DNA from: Escherichia phage BAU.Micro_ELP-22
Reading direction: 5' to 3' (one strand)
DNA: 64,000 nucleotides
Sequence record: OR699282.2
Part shown: positions 9,930 to 18,507 of the stretch, piece after piece
Layout: each line of letters opens with the position of its first letter
Position numbering within the stretch: the stretch's first letter is position 1
The notes under the pieces: generated by a model
Seen by the model: only the letters and a program-made list of their open reading frames with translations
Database searches by the model: none
What the model was told of the DNA's origin: nothing
Program-made: the position numbers and the translations under genes

Positions 9930-9961
9930 AGGTTGACTTCGGTCAGCCTTTTCTTTATACT
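9930..9961 (+). terminator. terminator with embedded promoter
   Basis: AGGTTGACTTCGGTCAGCCT hairpin + T-run; TATAAATA follows at 9961. Confidence 0.55.
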
Positions 9962-9986
9962 ATAAATATAGACATAGAGAAAAAAA

Positions 9987-11264
9987 ATGAAATCTATGGA
10001 GAGAAATCAAATGCCAAGTAATTTTACTGATAAAAATGGTGGTAACATGGCTGGTCACTCTGATAAATGGAGTGAACGCAACCGCCGTCCAAATAGTTAT
10101 CAAGCAGGTCAAGGTTCACGTGGGTCACGTAATCAAGGAACTGGTCTAGCTGGTAAAGCAAACGCAGAAGCAGGTGAAGTTAAGAGTACTGAGAACATGA
10201 CTGAGCTAGAAAAGCTACGTTATGTTAATTCATTGGGACTTCTTAATGCTACACAAAAACAACGTCTAGCTGATATGGAACGTGAAGAAAAAGAAAAATC
10301 TGCTCCTGCTAAAGAAGAACCAAAACAAGAAGCACCAAAGGCGGTTAACCCTGTCAAAGAACTGTCGGATAAGTTAGGTAAGATTTTTGCTAATAAACCA
10401 CAACTTATCCAAGGTATTGTGAAAGAATTGCAATCTGTACCTAAAGAAGAATTAAAAGTCAAAGCACAAGCTGTACTTGATGCAATGAGTGGAAATACCA
10501 GTACTGAACCAACTGAAGTATTCAGTACTATAATGCGTGCACTTGAAGGTACGCAACAAGGTGATGTGCCTGCACAAGAGGAAGTAAGTCTTGAAAGCGT
10601 ACTTAAAACATTTGATAGTATTGGTAAAGAAGACCGTGCTAATGCTCAACAAGTTAAGAATGTACTAGCTAAGTTAGAAAACCGTCTGGAAGGTAAAGAC
10701 GATAAGATTAAATTAGTATCTGATGCAGTTAACGATGCACTTAAATCTTATGTACAAGGTGAAAAGAGTCGTTTTGTAACTGCAATGGATGCTGCATTCA
10801 ATACTATGAAAAAGTATGAAGCTGATCATGGTGAGAAGGTTACACGAGATGGTTATCTGATGCGTGATGATGAAGAAGGTGCAGTAGAACAGAACGATGT
10901 TCATTCAGACGAAGAAATTGATGACATGGAAGCTGAACTGTCACAAGACCGCCAAATGACTGAAAAATCCCATAACGAACTACAGAAATTAATGCAATGG
11001 GTTGCAGATGTTGGTGAAAAAGCTGGTGCTGATAAGAAGAGTATAAACCGAAATCTTAGTTGGATTAAAGATAAAGTTGGTAACAACGCTCGTAAACTAC
11101 AAAAAGCGTGGACTGATGTAGTGAATGGTGCTGTTGATATTGATGTTGAATCCGGTGAGGCATATGATTATGCATTGACTACACTTGATGACTCTTTCCG
11201 TGATTACGAAAATGGAAATGTAACTCCTTGGGAAAAGGACATCATGAGCAAATACGGTAAATGA
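9987..11264 (+). CDS. charged Lys/Glu-rich protein (425 aa)
   Basis: Long ORF; N-terminal region paralogous to 9357..9740. Confidence 0.7.
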   Translation: MKSMERNQMPSNFTDKNGGNMAGHSDKWSERNRRPNSYQAGQGSRGSRNQGTGLAGKANAEAGEVKSTENMTELEKLRYVNSLGLLNATQKQRLADMEREEKEKSAPAKEEPKQEAPKAVNPVKELSDKLGKIFANKPQLIQGIVKELQSVPKEELKVKAQAVLDAMSGNTSTEPTEVFSTIMRALEGTQQGDVPAQEEVSLESVLKTFDSIGKEDRANAQQVKNVLAKLENRLEGKDDKIKLVSDAVNDALKSYVQGEKSRFVTAMDAAFNTMKKYEADHGEKVTRDGYLMRDDEEGAVEQNDVHSDEEIDDMEAELSQDRQMTEKSHNELQKLMQWVADVGEKAGADKKSINRNLSWIKDKVGNNARKLQKAWTDVVNGAVDIDVESGEAYDYALTTLDDSFRDYENGNVTPWEKDIMSKYGK

Positions 11265-11273
11265 TAAAACAAA

Positions 11274-11306
11274 AGGTTGACTTCGGTCAGCCTTTTTTTG
11301 TAAATA
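11274..11306 (+). terminator. terminator with embedded promoter
   Basis: AGGTTGACTTCGGTCAGCCT + T7. Confidence 0.6.
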
Positions 11307-11335
11307 CAAAAGAGGAATTAAGAAGAGGGATTACA

Positions 11336-11587
11336 ATGAAAAAATATATTATATTTGGAATTGTATTATTTTCCAGTACTGCTTATGGTGCAGATTATCA
11401 TTGCTCCGTAGCAAGGCAGGATTTCAGAAATGGGGAGTTCTATACTACCTCATACACAAAAGGAATAATACACGACACCGACAGAACTATTGGATTTAAT
11501 GTGTTTGACAACAAAGATTCATATACTTCAGGTATACTATCTGAGCATAAGACTGATGTAATGGGAATAGAAAAAGAGTTCCGGTGA
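11336..11587 (+). CDS. secreted protein
   Basis: Internal ATG with SD AGAGGG; signal peptide (83 aa). Confidence 0.55.
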   Translation: MKKYIIFGIVLFSSTAYGADYHCSVARQDFRNGEFYTTSYTKGIIHDTDRTIGFNVFDNKDSYTSGILSEHKTDVMGIEKEFR

Positions 11588-11597
11588 TTCAGTAGTA

Positions 11598-11921
11598 ATG
11601 TGCAATGACATTGAAAGTACTAAAACAATTTATTATAATAATGAACGTAACTATCGTTTTCATAATTTAACCACAAATAAAAGTTTACTATTTTACAATT
11701 GTAAAGAAGTAATACTCCCATCAGACAATAGCTGTACTCCAACTAATCAACCCCCAGCACAATGTAATACTCCCTCTGAACCTGATAAAAATAAAAAAGA
11801 CAAAGATAAAGATAAAAAAGAAGACAAAAAACCTTTAAAAGATAAAAAGAAAGATAAAAAACCTAATCCGTTTAAAAATAATAAACCAGCACAACCCGAT
11901 ATGACATGTAAAATAAAATAA
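11598..11921 (+). CDS. Lys/Asp-rich repeat protein
   Basis: ORF 107 aa with KDKDKDKK low-complexity tail. Confidence 0.45.
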   Translation: MCNDIESTKTIYYNNERNYRFHNLTTNKSLLFYNCKEVILPSDNSCTPTNQPPAQCNTPSEPDKNKKDKDKDKKEDKKPLKDKKKDKKPNPFKNNKPAQPDMTCKIK

Positions 11922-11930
11922 GGATATATA

Positions 11931-12350
11931 ATGAAAAAGATTTTTTTAAGTATTATTTTAGTACTTTTTAGTTTTAATGTATATGCAGCAGATGCTAAAC
12001 AGGTTGCAAATACAGTAAAAGATGTTATAGTAGATAATGCTCCTACATTAGAGGAAATTGGGGTAAAAACTTGTGATATAGTAATATATAATTTAGTTAA
12101 TGATGAACGAGTTATGTTGAATACGTATGAACAAGTAGTCCCATTGGTTGAATCTGGTGATGCTTTTAGCTTTACATATAAAGTTAAATTAACAGGAGGG
12201 GTTGAAGTTAATCTTGACATTGATACCGCTTCAGTACTAAAAGATAAACTAGGATATGTGTTCAATCGTATTCGTGAAGAAGGTCATCTTAAGTATGTTT
12301 ATGAAAGTAAAATACTAAAACGTGCAATAGTTATAGAAAACTGTAAATGA
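11931..12350 (+). CDS. secreted protein
   Basis: ORF 139 aa; signal peptide; SD AAGGA. Confidence 0.65.
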   Translation: MKKIFLSIILVLFSFNVYAADAKQVANTVKDVIVDNAPTLEEIGVKTCDIVIYNLVNDERVMLNTYEQVVPLVESGDAFSFTYKVKLTGGVEVNLDIDTASVLKDKLGYVFNRIREEGHLKYVYESKILKRAIVIENCK

Positions 12351-12358
12351 TAATAAAA

Positions 12359-12391
12359 GGGTTGACTTCGGTCAGCCTTTTTTGTTATGAT
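12359..12391 (+). terminator. terminator with embedded promoter
   Basis: GGGTTGACTTCGGTCAGCC + T6, then TATGAT. Confidence 0.6.
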
Positions 12392-12419
12392 GTTGGTATT
12401 AACTACAGAGGATAAAGTA

Positions 12420-13061
12420 ATGACTAAGCAAGACATATTCAAAACTTTAATTGACATTTTGCGTCCATCAAAAACTCGTTGTGCGATGGAGTTTGATATT
12501 CCTTATGCTGAACGCGTAATCTTTCCACAAGTTAAAGCTGCTGGACTTACTTTGCTTGGAATGGGGATGTACTCTGTAGTAGTTGAACATAAAAACTATC
12601 CTGGACGTGCATTTAAAGTAACCACTTCACGCTGGGATGGTTTTCGTGCTTATGCAAAGTACTGCATTGAAAACGCAGGAACCAAGTTTCTTCCAGTGAT
12701 CTACAGTGCCAACGAACAAGGAAACTTTGGATGGTATGAGATGGACAAGTACTATCCTATAATTAAACAAAAAAATAATTATGATGACTTTGTTAGTACT
12801 AAAATTGGAGATTTATATTCTTATGCACATGCTGGTCAGTACGCTACTTCAGTGAATGATATGCGTGGTAATTCTGAAGAGATTGCTATTGCAACGGTCG
12901 CTGCTAACATCATGAAAGAGTTTCACGGGCGTTTTGTACCAGACATTCATTCCAGTAATGTCATGATGGATAAAGATGGCAATGTATTCATTACTGATCC
13001 TCTTTCGTGTGATGTACGTAGAGAAATACCAGTTACTGAAGAAGATCCAGTTTTTTATTGA
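12420..13061 (+). CDS. putative protein-kinase-like protein
   Basis: GxG loop, AFKV lysine motif, DIHSSNVMMD catalytic-loop-like segment; SD GAGGA. Confidence 0.5.
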   Translation: MTKQDIFKTLIDILRPSKTRCAMEFDIPYAERVIFPQVKAAGLTLLGMGMYSVVVEHKNYPGRAFKVTTSRWDGFRAYAKYCIENAGTKFLPVIYSANEQGNFGWYEMDKYYPIIKQKNNYDDFVSTKIGDLYSYAHAGQYATSVNDMRGNSEEIAIATVAANIMKEFHGRFVPDIHSSNVMMDKDGNVFITDPLSCDVRREIPVTEEDPVFY

Positions 13062-13122
13062 CAGAACTGATGTTCTGGTGTATTCTTAATAAACCATAAA
13101 AATTGCGGTAAAGGATAAAATC

Positions 13123-13404
13123 ATGCGTTCATTTGAAAACTTAATAGGTAAGCATCTTTTATCTGAAATTGATGCAGACGTTAAAGAATTATCCAAATCA
13201 AAAAGTTACATTCATTTGGATGAACTGTTTATTAAGTACGGTGAGATTGGTTTTAAGTCATTATTTGTTTTTACTATGAAAGTACATAGTTTAAAGTACT
13301 TCGATTTGAGTTCTAAAGATGGTGAACCGAATCTATATTACATGTATTACCTTAAGAACAAAGATGAAGCTAATACATTACTCTCTGAATATATATTGGG
13401 GTAA
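13123..13404 (+). CDS. hypothetical protein
   Basis: ORF 93 aa; SD AAGGA. Confidence 0.6.
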   Translation: MRSFENLIGKHLLSEIDADVKELSKSKSYIHLDELFIKYGEIGFKSLFVFTMKVHSLKYFDLSSKDGEPNLYYMYYLKNKDEANTLLSEYILG

Positions 13405-13406
13405 AA

Positions 13407-13745
13407 ATGGAACAATATTTTGAATTAATAAACAAAGTATCATTTTATGTAGTATCTTTGGTTTGGGTGTATTATATGTTTTGCTACATTATTGCATTCT
13501 TCCGATACACTACTTTATATGAACGTATCTACTATGATGCCCCAATTTCATTCTTGATGTTTTGTGCATGTACGTGGGGAATATTAGAAGTACTGATATG
13601 TGGGTATAGTACTGATGAATTAAATCTGGTATCGGTCTTGACTGGGTTTTCATTTGTTGTTATGATAGCTGCCGTTCCAGTATGGTTGTTCTTTGGACTA
13701 GTTCATCGCATTGATATATGGCGTTCTAATATCCCTGAAAAGTAA
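13407..13745 (+). CDS. small membrane protein, paralog family M
   Basis: 112 aa, hydrophobic; C-terminal basic tail (RSNIPEK) shared with paralogs. Confidence 0.65.
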   Translation: MEQYFELINKVSFYVVSLVWVYYMFCYIIAFFRYTTLYERIYYDAPISFLMFCACTWGILEVLICGYSTDELNLVSVLTGFSFVVMIAAVPVWLFFGLVHRIDIWRSNIPEK

Positions 13746-13748
13746 GGA

Positions 13749-14096
13749 TTGGTAATGATTTATTACACTAACATGTTTGCCTATGCTGTTGCTTGCATTT
13801 ACATTGTTTACTTCTTATTCGGTGGAGTACTGTGCTTCTTTAAGTACAAAACGTTGTTCAACCGAATGTACCCAAATCATCCAATTGTAGTTGTACTTTT
13901 GATTCTTTCAGTTTCTCAAATAATCGTTGAAACTACAATGGGTATCAGTAGTGTACATTATAGTTTTGGCACTATAGTAATTATTACTATGCTTATTGCA
14001 TACATTTTAGTACTTGGATATGGTATCTTTGGTAATATTGGTATGAAAATGTATCATCGAATTAAAACATTACGTGATAATCTACCGGAGCGTTGA
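13749..14096 (+). CDS. small membrane protein, paralog family M
   Basis: 115 aa; tail RDNLPER. Confidence 0.65.
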   Translation: MVMIYYTNMFAYAVACIYIVYFLFGGVLCFFKYKTLFNRMYPNHPIVVVLLILSVSQIIVETTMGISSVHYSFGTIVIITMLIAYILVLGYGIFGNIGMKMYHRIKTLRDNLPER

Positions 14097-14097
14097 T

Positions 14098-14442
14098 ATG
14101 TATAATTTGAACCTAATCTCATATATTATAACAACACTGTTTACATTCTATGCCTTTGTTGGTATAATCCTACTGTACTTTAAATTTTATAAAGTGTTTA
14201 ACCGTTTCTATCCTTCAATGGAGAATGAGTTTTTCTTTGTGTTGTACGTAGGTTACACATTAATGGCTACATGTTTCACTGTAGCCGATGGTGTCATCGG
14301 CATTAAAACTGATTCCCCAAATGGTAGTACGCTGGTTGCATTTATTCTTACTGGATTCCTTGCAACTTATATTGCCTTCATTACAACATGGTCAGTGGTT
14401 GAATTTCTCTTGCGACTACGAAAGAATATGCCGAATCGATAG
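14098..14442 (+). CDS. small membrane protein, paralog family M
   Basis: Start at internal ATG; tail RKNMPNR. Confidence 0.6.
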   Translation: MYNLNLISYIITTLFTFYAFVGIILLYFKFYKVFNRFYPSMENEFFFVLYVGYTLMATCFTVADGVIGIKTDSPNGSTLVAFILTGFLATYIAFITTWSVVEFLLRLRKNMPNR

Positions 14443-14451
14443 GAGACATAT

Positions 14452-14706
14452 ATGTTTGCGTTGCGTAATAAAAACACTAAAGAATTATTATGTATTGATA
14501 CCGTATGGGATTGTGCGGGATCAACTACAGTTCTTGAAGAAGGAACTGGATATTGCGTGTTTGTTGTTCATGATAGGAATGAACTCGAATTATTACTTGC
14601 TGAGTTCAATGCTGGTGGTAATCCTAACAGTACTGAATACCCTGAGATTATCAATCCAGCACCACCAGGCTCTTATGAAATTCTACAACTGTGGGAGTTG
14701 AAGTAA
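14452..14706 (+). CDS. hypothetical protein
   Basis: ORF 84 aa; SD AGGAGA. Confidence 0.6.
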   Translation: MFALRNKNTKELLCIDTVWDCAGSTTVLEEGTGYCVFVVHDRNELELLLAEFNAGGNPNSTEYPEIINPAPPGSYEILQLWELK

Positions 14707-15086
14707 TGCGTCAAATGCACAAAGTAACCGAGCTAAACAAGCGTCTGGTTAAACAATCAATGTTCGAGGATAAAGAGTCTTATTATAACTTTAAACGTGC
14801 TGTAGAGGCTGCTATCCACATTCAGAAGCTTAAAGAACGTGGTTGTATTATTCTGGAAAATGGGTCGGAAGTTGTAACGGATGACTTTAGTGTAGCGTTT
14901 GATGTTTCACCTGACGGGACGCTATCAATGCCCCGCTTAGGAACTGGAAACATGACTGTTTGGGTTGGCTTCACTATGGGGAATGTACCTGGTACTGTGT
15001 ACGTAGATGATGCGGAATTGAAAGACAGTTTCAAAAACTTATCTTATCTTGAACCACAATACGCACATGAAATGAATTTATTTTGA
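14706..15086 (+). CDS. hypothetical protein
   Basis: Start at internal ATG after GGAG (126 aa). Confidence 0.55.
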   Translation: MRQMHKVTELNKRLVKQSMFEDKESYYNFKRAVEAAIHIQKLKERGCIILENGSEVVTDDFSVAFDVSPDGTLSMPRLGTGNMTVWVGFTMGNVPGTVYVDDAELKDSFKNLSYLEPQYAHEMNLF

Positions 15087-15087
15087 G

Positions 15088-15115
15088 TTGACAAACACAT
15101 TCAGTACTGTATAAT
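15088..15115 (+). promoter_or_regulatory. sigma70-like promoter followed by 5' stem-loop (15126-15144)
   Basis: TTGACA, ~16 nt spacer, TATAAT; hairpin GGGATGA / TCATCCC before the SD. Confidence 0.55.
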
Positions 15116-15162
15116 GCTTATCAAGGGGATGAACTTCTCATCCCTACAATCGAGGAACTACC

Positions 15163-15717
15163 ATGATTACTTTTAAGAAAACTGCTAACCACATCCATGA
15201 AATCTACATTAACGGTCACAAAGCTGGCCTTCTTCGTTTACTCGCCCATCATCCTGATGTTACCGTATCTGATAATGAACCTAAAGATTGGCGTGTATTT
15301 TTCTTTGGAAAGTACAGTGATTTTCAAGTATCAAACCTGAAGAACATTCGTTCAGTATGCACGTTAACTGAAATTAAAGAAAAGTTAGAAAAAGCATTGA
15401 AAACTAATCCAGATGGTGTTCTTCCACCTGATAACTTTGTAGAGAAAGGTTATGCATTAGCTCATTTCAAAGATGGTACTATTCAATCTATCAGTACTGA
15501 ATATGAATATCAATGGACTGAGTACTTCACTTATGGATCGCGTAATACATTGATGGCTTCACGTAGTAAATTGGAAGAAGTACTGACTCGTATGAATGAA
15601 CGCGAACGTCAATTTTATGACAAACCAGAAATGTGGAGTTCAACTTACATTGACCGTATTGACTATGTTATTATGACTCCAATCTTTGACACTGCTTACT
15701 ATGATTCTTTGAAATAA
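15163..15717 (+). CDS. hypothetical protein
   Basis: ORF 184 aa; SD GAGGAA. Confidence 0.7.
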   Translation: MITFKKTANHIHEIYINGHKAGLLRLLAHHPDVTVSDNEPKDWRVFFFGKYSDFQVSNLKNIRSVCTLTEIKEKLEKALKTNPDGVLPPDNFVEKGYALAHFKDGTIQSISTEYEYQWTEYFTYGSRNTLMASRSKLEEVLTRMNERERQFYDKPEMWSSTYIDRIDYVIMTPIFDTAYYDSLK

Positions 15718-15728
15718 GGATAACTTAT

Positions 15729-15905
15729 ATGAAACTACGTACTCGTAATCGACTGATGGATGCACTGTACCATGAACAGCTTTCACTGAATGAAGTGAAG
15801 CGTCAGTTAATGTACACATATCTGTTACCCGCTCGCATTGCAAAACAACGTGCTAAAGAATTGCTGAAAGAAGCAATCGAGTACTGGGAATCTGATTCGT
15901 ACTAA
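15729..15905 (+). CDS. hypothetical small protein (58 aa)
   Basis: SD AAGGA; below ORF-track cutoff. Confidence 0.45.
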   Translation: MKLRTRNRLMDALYHEQLSLNEVKRQLMYTYLLPARIAKQRAKELLKEAIEYWESDSY

Positions 15906-15933
15906 TTGTCACGTTAATTAAGTGAGGCGATAA

Positions 15934-16185
15934 ATGAAAATTTTATTAGTTCTAATACTACTAATTGTTTTACCATTTACGTTAGTATCCCCTGAACTTG
16001 CATGGAATGTGTTTGTGTACTTACTATGTACTATTGTAGTAAATGGTATCTTGTTCTTAGTTCTATTCATAAATGGAATAGGACACGGTGGAGGATGGAC
16101 CAGTACTGCTGATATTGTACATAAAACCACTATGTCTTTATTTGTAGTGTGGAATTTATTCTGGACTTGGTTTGTGTTCTTCTAA
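15934..16185 (+). CDS. small membrane protein
   Basis: ORF 83 aa, hydrophobic. Confidence 0.55.
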   Translation: MKILLVLILLIVLPFTLVSPELAWNVFVYLLCTIVVNGILFLVLFINGIGHGGGWTSTADIVHKTTMSLFVVWNLFWTWFVFF

Positions 16186-16194
16186 TTAAAAAAT

Positions 16195-16566
16195 ATGAAT
16201 ATAGATTTGAAAGGTGCAACCCGAACTGTTATCCTCATTGGGGAATACGCTATCAAGATTCCAACCTTTAAAAGTTGGAAGCTATTCTTAACAGGGATGA
16301 TAGCTAACCTCAATGAACGTTCGTGGATGCAGTACTCCAAGCGTAGTGATACTGGTATCTGTCCTACTTTGTGGTCATCATGTACTGGACTAGTAACTGT
16401 ACAGAAACGTTGTAAGCCAGTACAACATAGGGGTTTATTTTGGGTGGAGTTGTGTGCTTTAGCATTGAATTCAGAGTTAAGTACTGACTTCTTCTATTCA
16501 GATGCGAAGCCAGAAAACTTTGGGTATCTGTGTGGTAAGTTGGTTAAACTTGATTATGGAGATTAA
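16195..16566 (+). CDS. putative mini protein-kinase-like protein
   Basis: AIK lysine motif, DAKPEN catalytic loop and KLDYG (DFG-like) read in translation. Confidence 0.5.
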   Translation: MNIDLKGATRTVILIGEYAIKIPTFKSWKLFLTGMIANLNERSWMQYSKRSDTGICPTLWSSCTGLVTVQKRCKPVQHRGLFWVELCALALNSELSTDFFYSDAKPENFGYLCGKLVKLDYGD

Positions 16567-16567
16567 T

Positions 16568-16837
16568 ATGTACGCACTGTATAATAAAGAAAAGAAACGA
16601 TTTGCTAAGGTTGAAATTTCGATTGATACATTTGATATGTTGGAGTACTGTATTGTAACTGACCTATATGCTAACTTGTATTACGTTCTTGATGACGTAT
16701 CAGTACTGCAACGATTGCTTGAGAATTCCAAAAGTCAATGCCAGGGCATCCATGATGGTTCATCTTATGAAACACCTGAGTGTTCCTACGGCTATCTGGA
16801 CGGGTATGAGATTGTGAAGTTGGGGATTGTTGAATAA
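16568..16837 (+). CDS. hypothetical protein
   Basis: Internal ATG with SD GGAG (89 aa). Confidence 0.5.
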   Translation: MYALYNKEKKRFAKVEISIDTFDMLEYCIVTDLYANLYYVLDDVSVLQRLLENSKSQCQGIHDGSSYETPECSYGYLDGYEIVKLGIVE

Positions 16838-16932
16838 ATGGATTAAACAATGAAGAAGTGTATGATTCTTTGTTCTAATCACCATCGCATGGTACATTCT
16901 GGTAGACTATGTTTGATTGAAAGAAAAAAAAA

Positions 16933-16965
16933 GGGTTGACTTCAGTCGGCCCTTTTTGCTATAAT
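16933..16965 (+). terminator. terminator with embedded promoter
   Basis: GGGTTGACTTCAGTCGGCCC + T5, then GCTATAAT. Confidence 0.6.
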
Positions 16966-16993
16966 CATTTCATCGAAACGAGAGGATGAATAC

Positions 16994-17509
16994 ATGACAC
17001 GCATTAACTTAGTACACGTTAAAGAACTTGCTGACCAACATCTGATGGCTGAATATCGTGAACTCCCACGTGTATTTGGTGCTGTACAAAAACACGTTCA
17101 AGCACGTAAGCGTGTACGTGATTTCAAAATTAACAGTACTTACCTGTTGGGTTCAGGTCATGTAACATTCTTCTACAACAAGTTATTGTACTTACAGAAG
17201 CGTCATATTGATATTGTTAACGAATGTTTGCGTCGTGGTATGAAGATTCAAAACACTGAAGTAAACGACATTAGCGGATTCCCTGCTGAGTTTTGTAATG
17301 ACTACGTACCATCGGAGTCAGAGATTAAAATGTCTCGTGATCGTTTGATTGAGAAGCTCCAGATGAAGCCTAAGTGGTATAAGTTTACTGATGTTGAATG
17401 TCCACAGTACGTTAAAGATATGCAGAACGTAAGTAGTAAGAACGAATCTAGTACTGATATGTTCGACGAAATTGAAGAACAAATCAAAGATGAAATGAAT
17501 AATTATTAA
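16994..17509 (+). CDS. denV: pyrimidine dimer DNA glycosylase (endonuclease V)
   Basis: N-terminus [42 protein letters not shown] closely matches T4 endonuclease V as recalled; SD GAGGA. Confidence 0.9.
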   Translation: MTRINLVHVKELADQHLMAEYRELPRVFGAVQKHVQARKRVRDFKINSTYLLGSGHVTFFYNKLLYLQKRHIDIVNECLRRGMKIQNTEVNDISGFPAEFCNDYVPSESEIKMSRDRLIEKLQMKPKWYKFTDVECPQYVKDMQNVSSKNESSTDMFDEIEEQIKDEMNNY

Positions 17510-17547
17510 AGGAAAGGATTGACTTCGGTCACATAAAGGAACATAAC

Positions 17548-17742
17548 ATGTTATTAGTATATTCAAAGCGTTTCTGGATTTCTTTCATTGTACTTTCGCT
17601 AATCGGCTTCGGTGTGAGTATAATCTTTTCGTGGGATGAATTGGGTACATGGTATTATGAAGTTCCGTGGTACATGAAGATAGCTCCTTGTTATGCGGCA
17701 TTGTTCGTGTCATTCCTTATTGTTGTCTTCAGCGAGGATTAG
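17548..17742 (+). CDS. small membrane protein
   Basis: ORF 64 aa, hydrophobic; SD AAGGA. Confidence 0.5.
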   Translation: MLLVYSKRFWISFIVLSLIGFGVSIIFSWDELGTWYYEVPWYMKIAPCYAALFVSFLIVVFSED

Positions 17743-17848
17743 TTGATGTAGTATTTGCTACACCAAAGTATTTGGATATTTTAGATATAAACATGGACAC
17801 CTGTTCTATCTTTCTGTATTATGTACATCACCAAATGAGGAATACAAC

Positions 17849-18208
17849 ATGGCATCTTTAAGTGAAATCGCAGAATACAACCCACTAACAATCTCAACAA
17901 TTCAACGTACAAAAACTTTTTATTTCCGTCCTGCTGATGGATGGAAACGTGGAATGAATGGTGACTATCGAGTACTGGAAGATTCACTAATCGAGCGTAT
18001 CAACTCTGAACTACAGAAGTATGAAGGTGTTAAAGTTGTGCGTTCAACTTCTCGTTATTTTGAGTACTACATTGAGTCTTCAACTGTAAATGAAAACTCA
18101 TCATTATCGGTGGACAACACTGATATTCTTCGTAATGCAGTTGGTATGTTATGCAACATTGCAGAAGAAATGGGATTAACTATTAGTACTATGAGTGAGT
18201 TAGAATAA
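17849..18208 (+). CDS. hypothetical protein
   Basis: ORF 119 aa; SD GAGGAA. Confidence 0.65.
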   Translation: MASLSEIAEYNPLTISTIQRTKTFYFRPADGWKRGMNGDYRVLEDSLIERINSELQKYEGVKVVRSTSRYFEYYIESSTVNENSSLSVDNTDILRNAVGMLCNIAEEMGLTISTMSELE

Positions 18209-18214
18209 CATAAA

Positions 18215-18247
18215 GGGTTGACTTCGGTCAGCCCTTTTTGCTATAAT
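18215..18247 (+). terminator. terminator with embedded promoter
   Basis: GGGTTGACTTCGGTCAGCCC + T5 + GCTATAAT. Confidence 0.65.
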
Positions 18248-18273
18248 CATTTCATCAACTCAAGAGGCAACAC

Positions 18274-18507
18274 ATGAAACTATCTTTTATACGATTGGCT
18301 GAATTCTTTGGTACTGATGTAATTACTCTACAACAAATCGCAGATAATACATCATTAACTACACAAGAAGTACTTGATTTAGATGTAATTCAGTGCGATA
18401 ATACTTCCATCGATTACAAAGAAGGTCTTGTCGAAAAAGATAAGATTCAAGCTAAAATTAATGGTGCTGGACGGGTTCAGTACTGGAAAGGAGTTTTAAG
18501 TAAATGA
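18274..18507 (+). CDS. hypothetical protein
   Basis: ORF 77 aa; SD AGAGG. Confidence 0.6.
   Translation: MKLSFIRLAEFFGTDVITLQQIADNTSLTTQEVLDLDVIQCDNTSIDYKEGLVEKDKIQAKINGAGRVQYWKGVLSK

Noticed and set aside
11747-12265. 172-aa minus-strand ORF, and other antisense ORFs in block 1 such as 7570..7911 and 10220..10462
   Set aside because: They overlap plus-strand genes that have SD sites and coherent operon structure, lack their own SD, and are AT-rich low-complexity readings.
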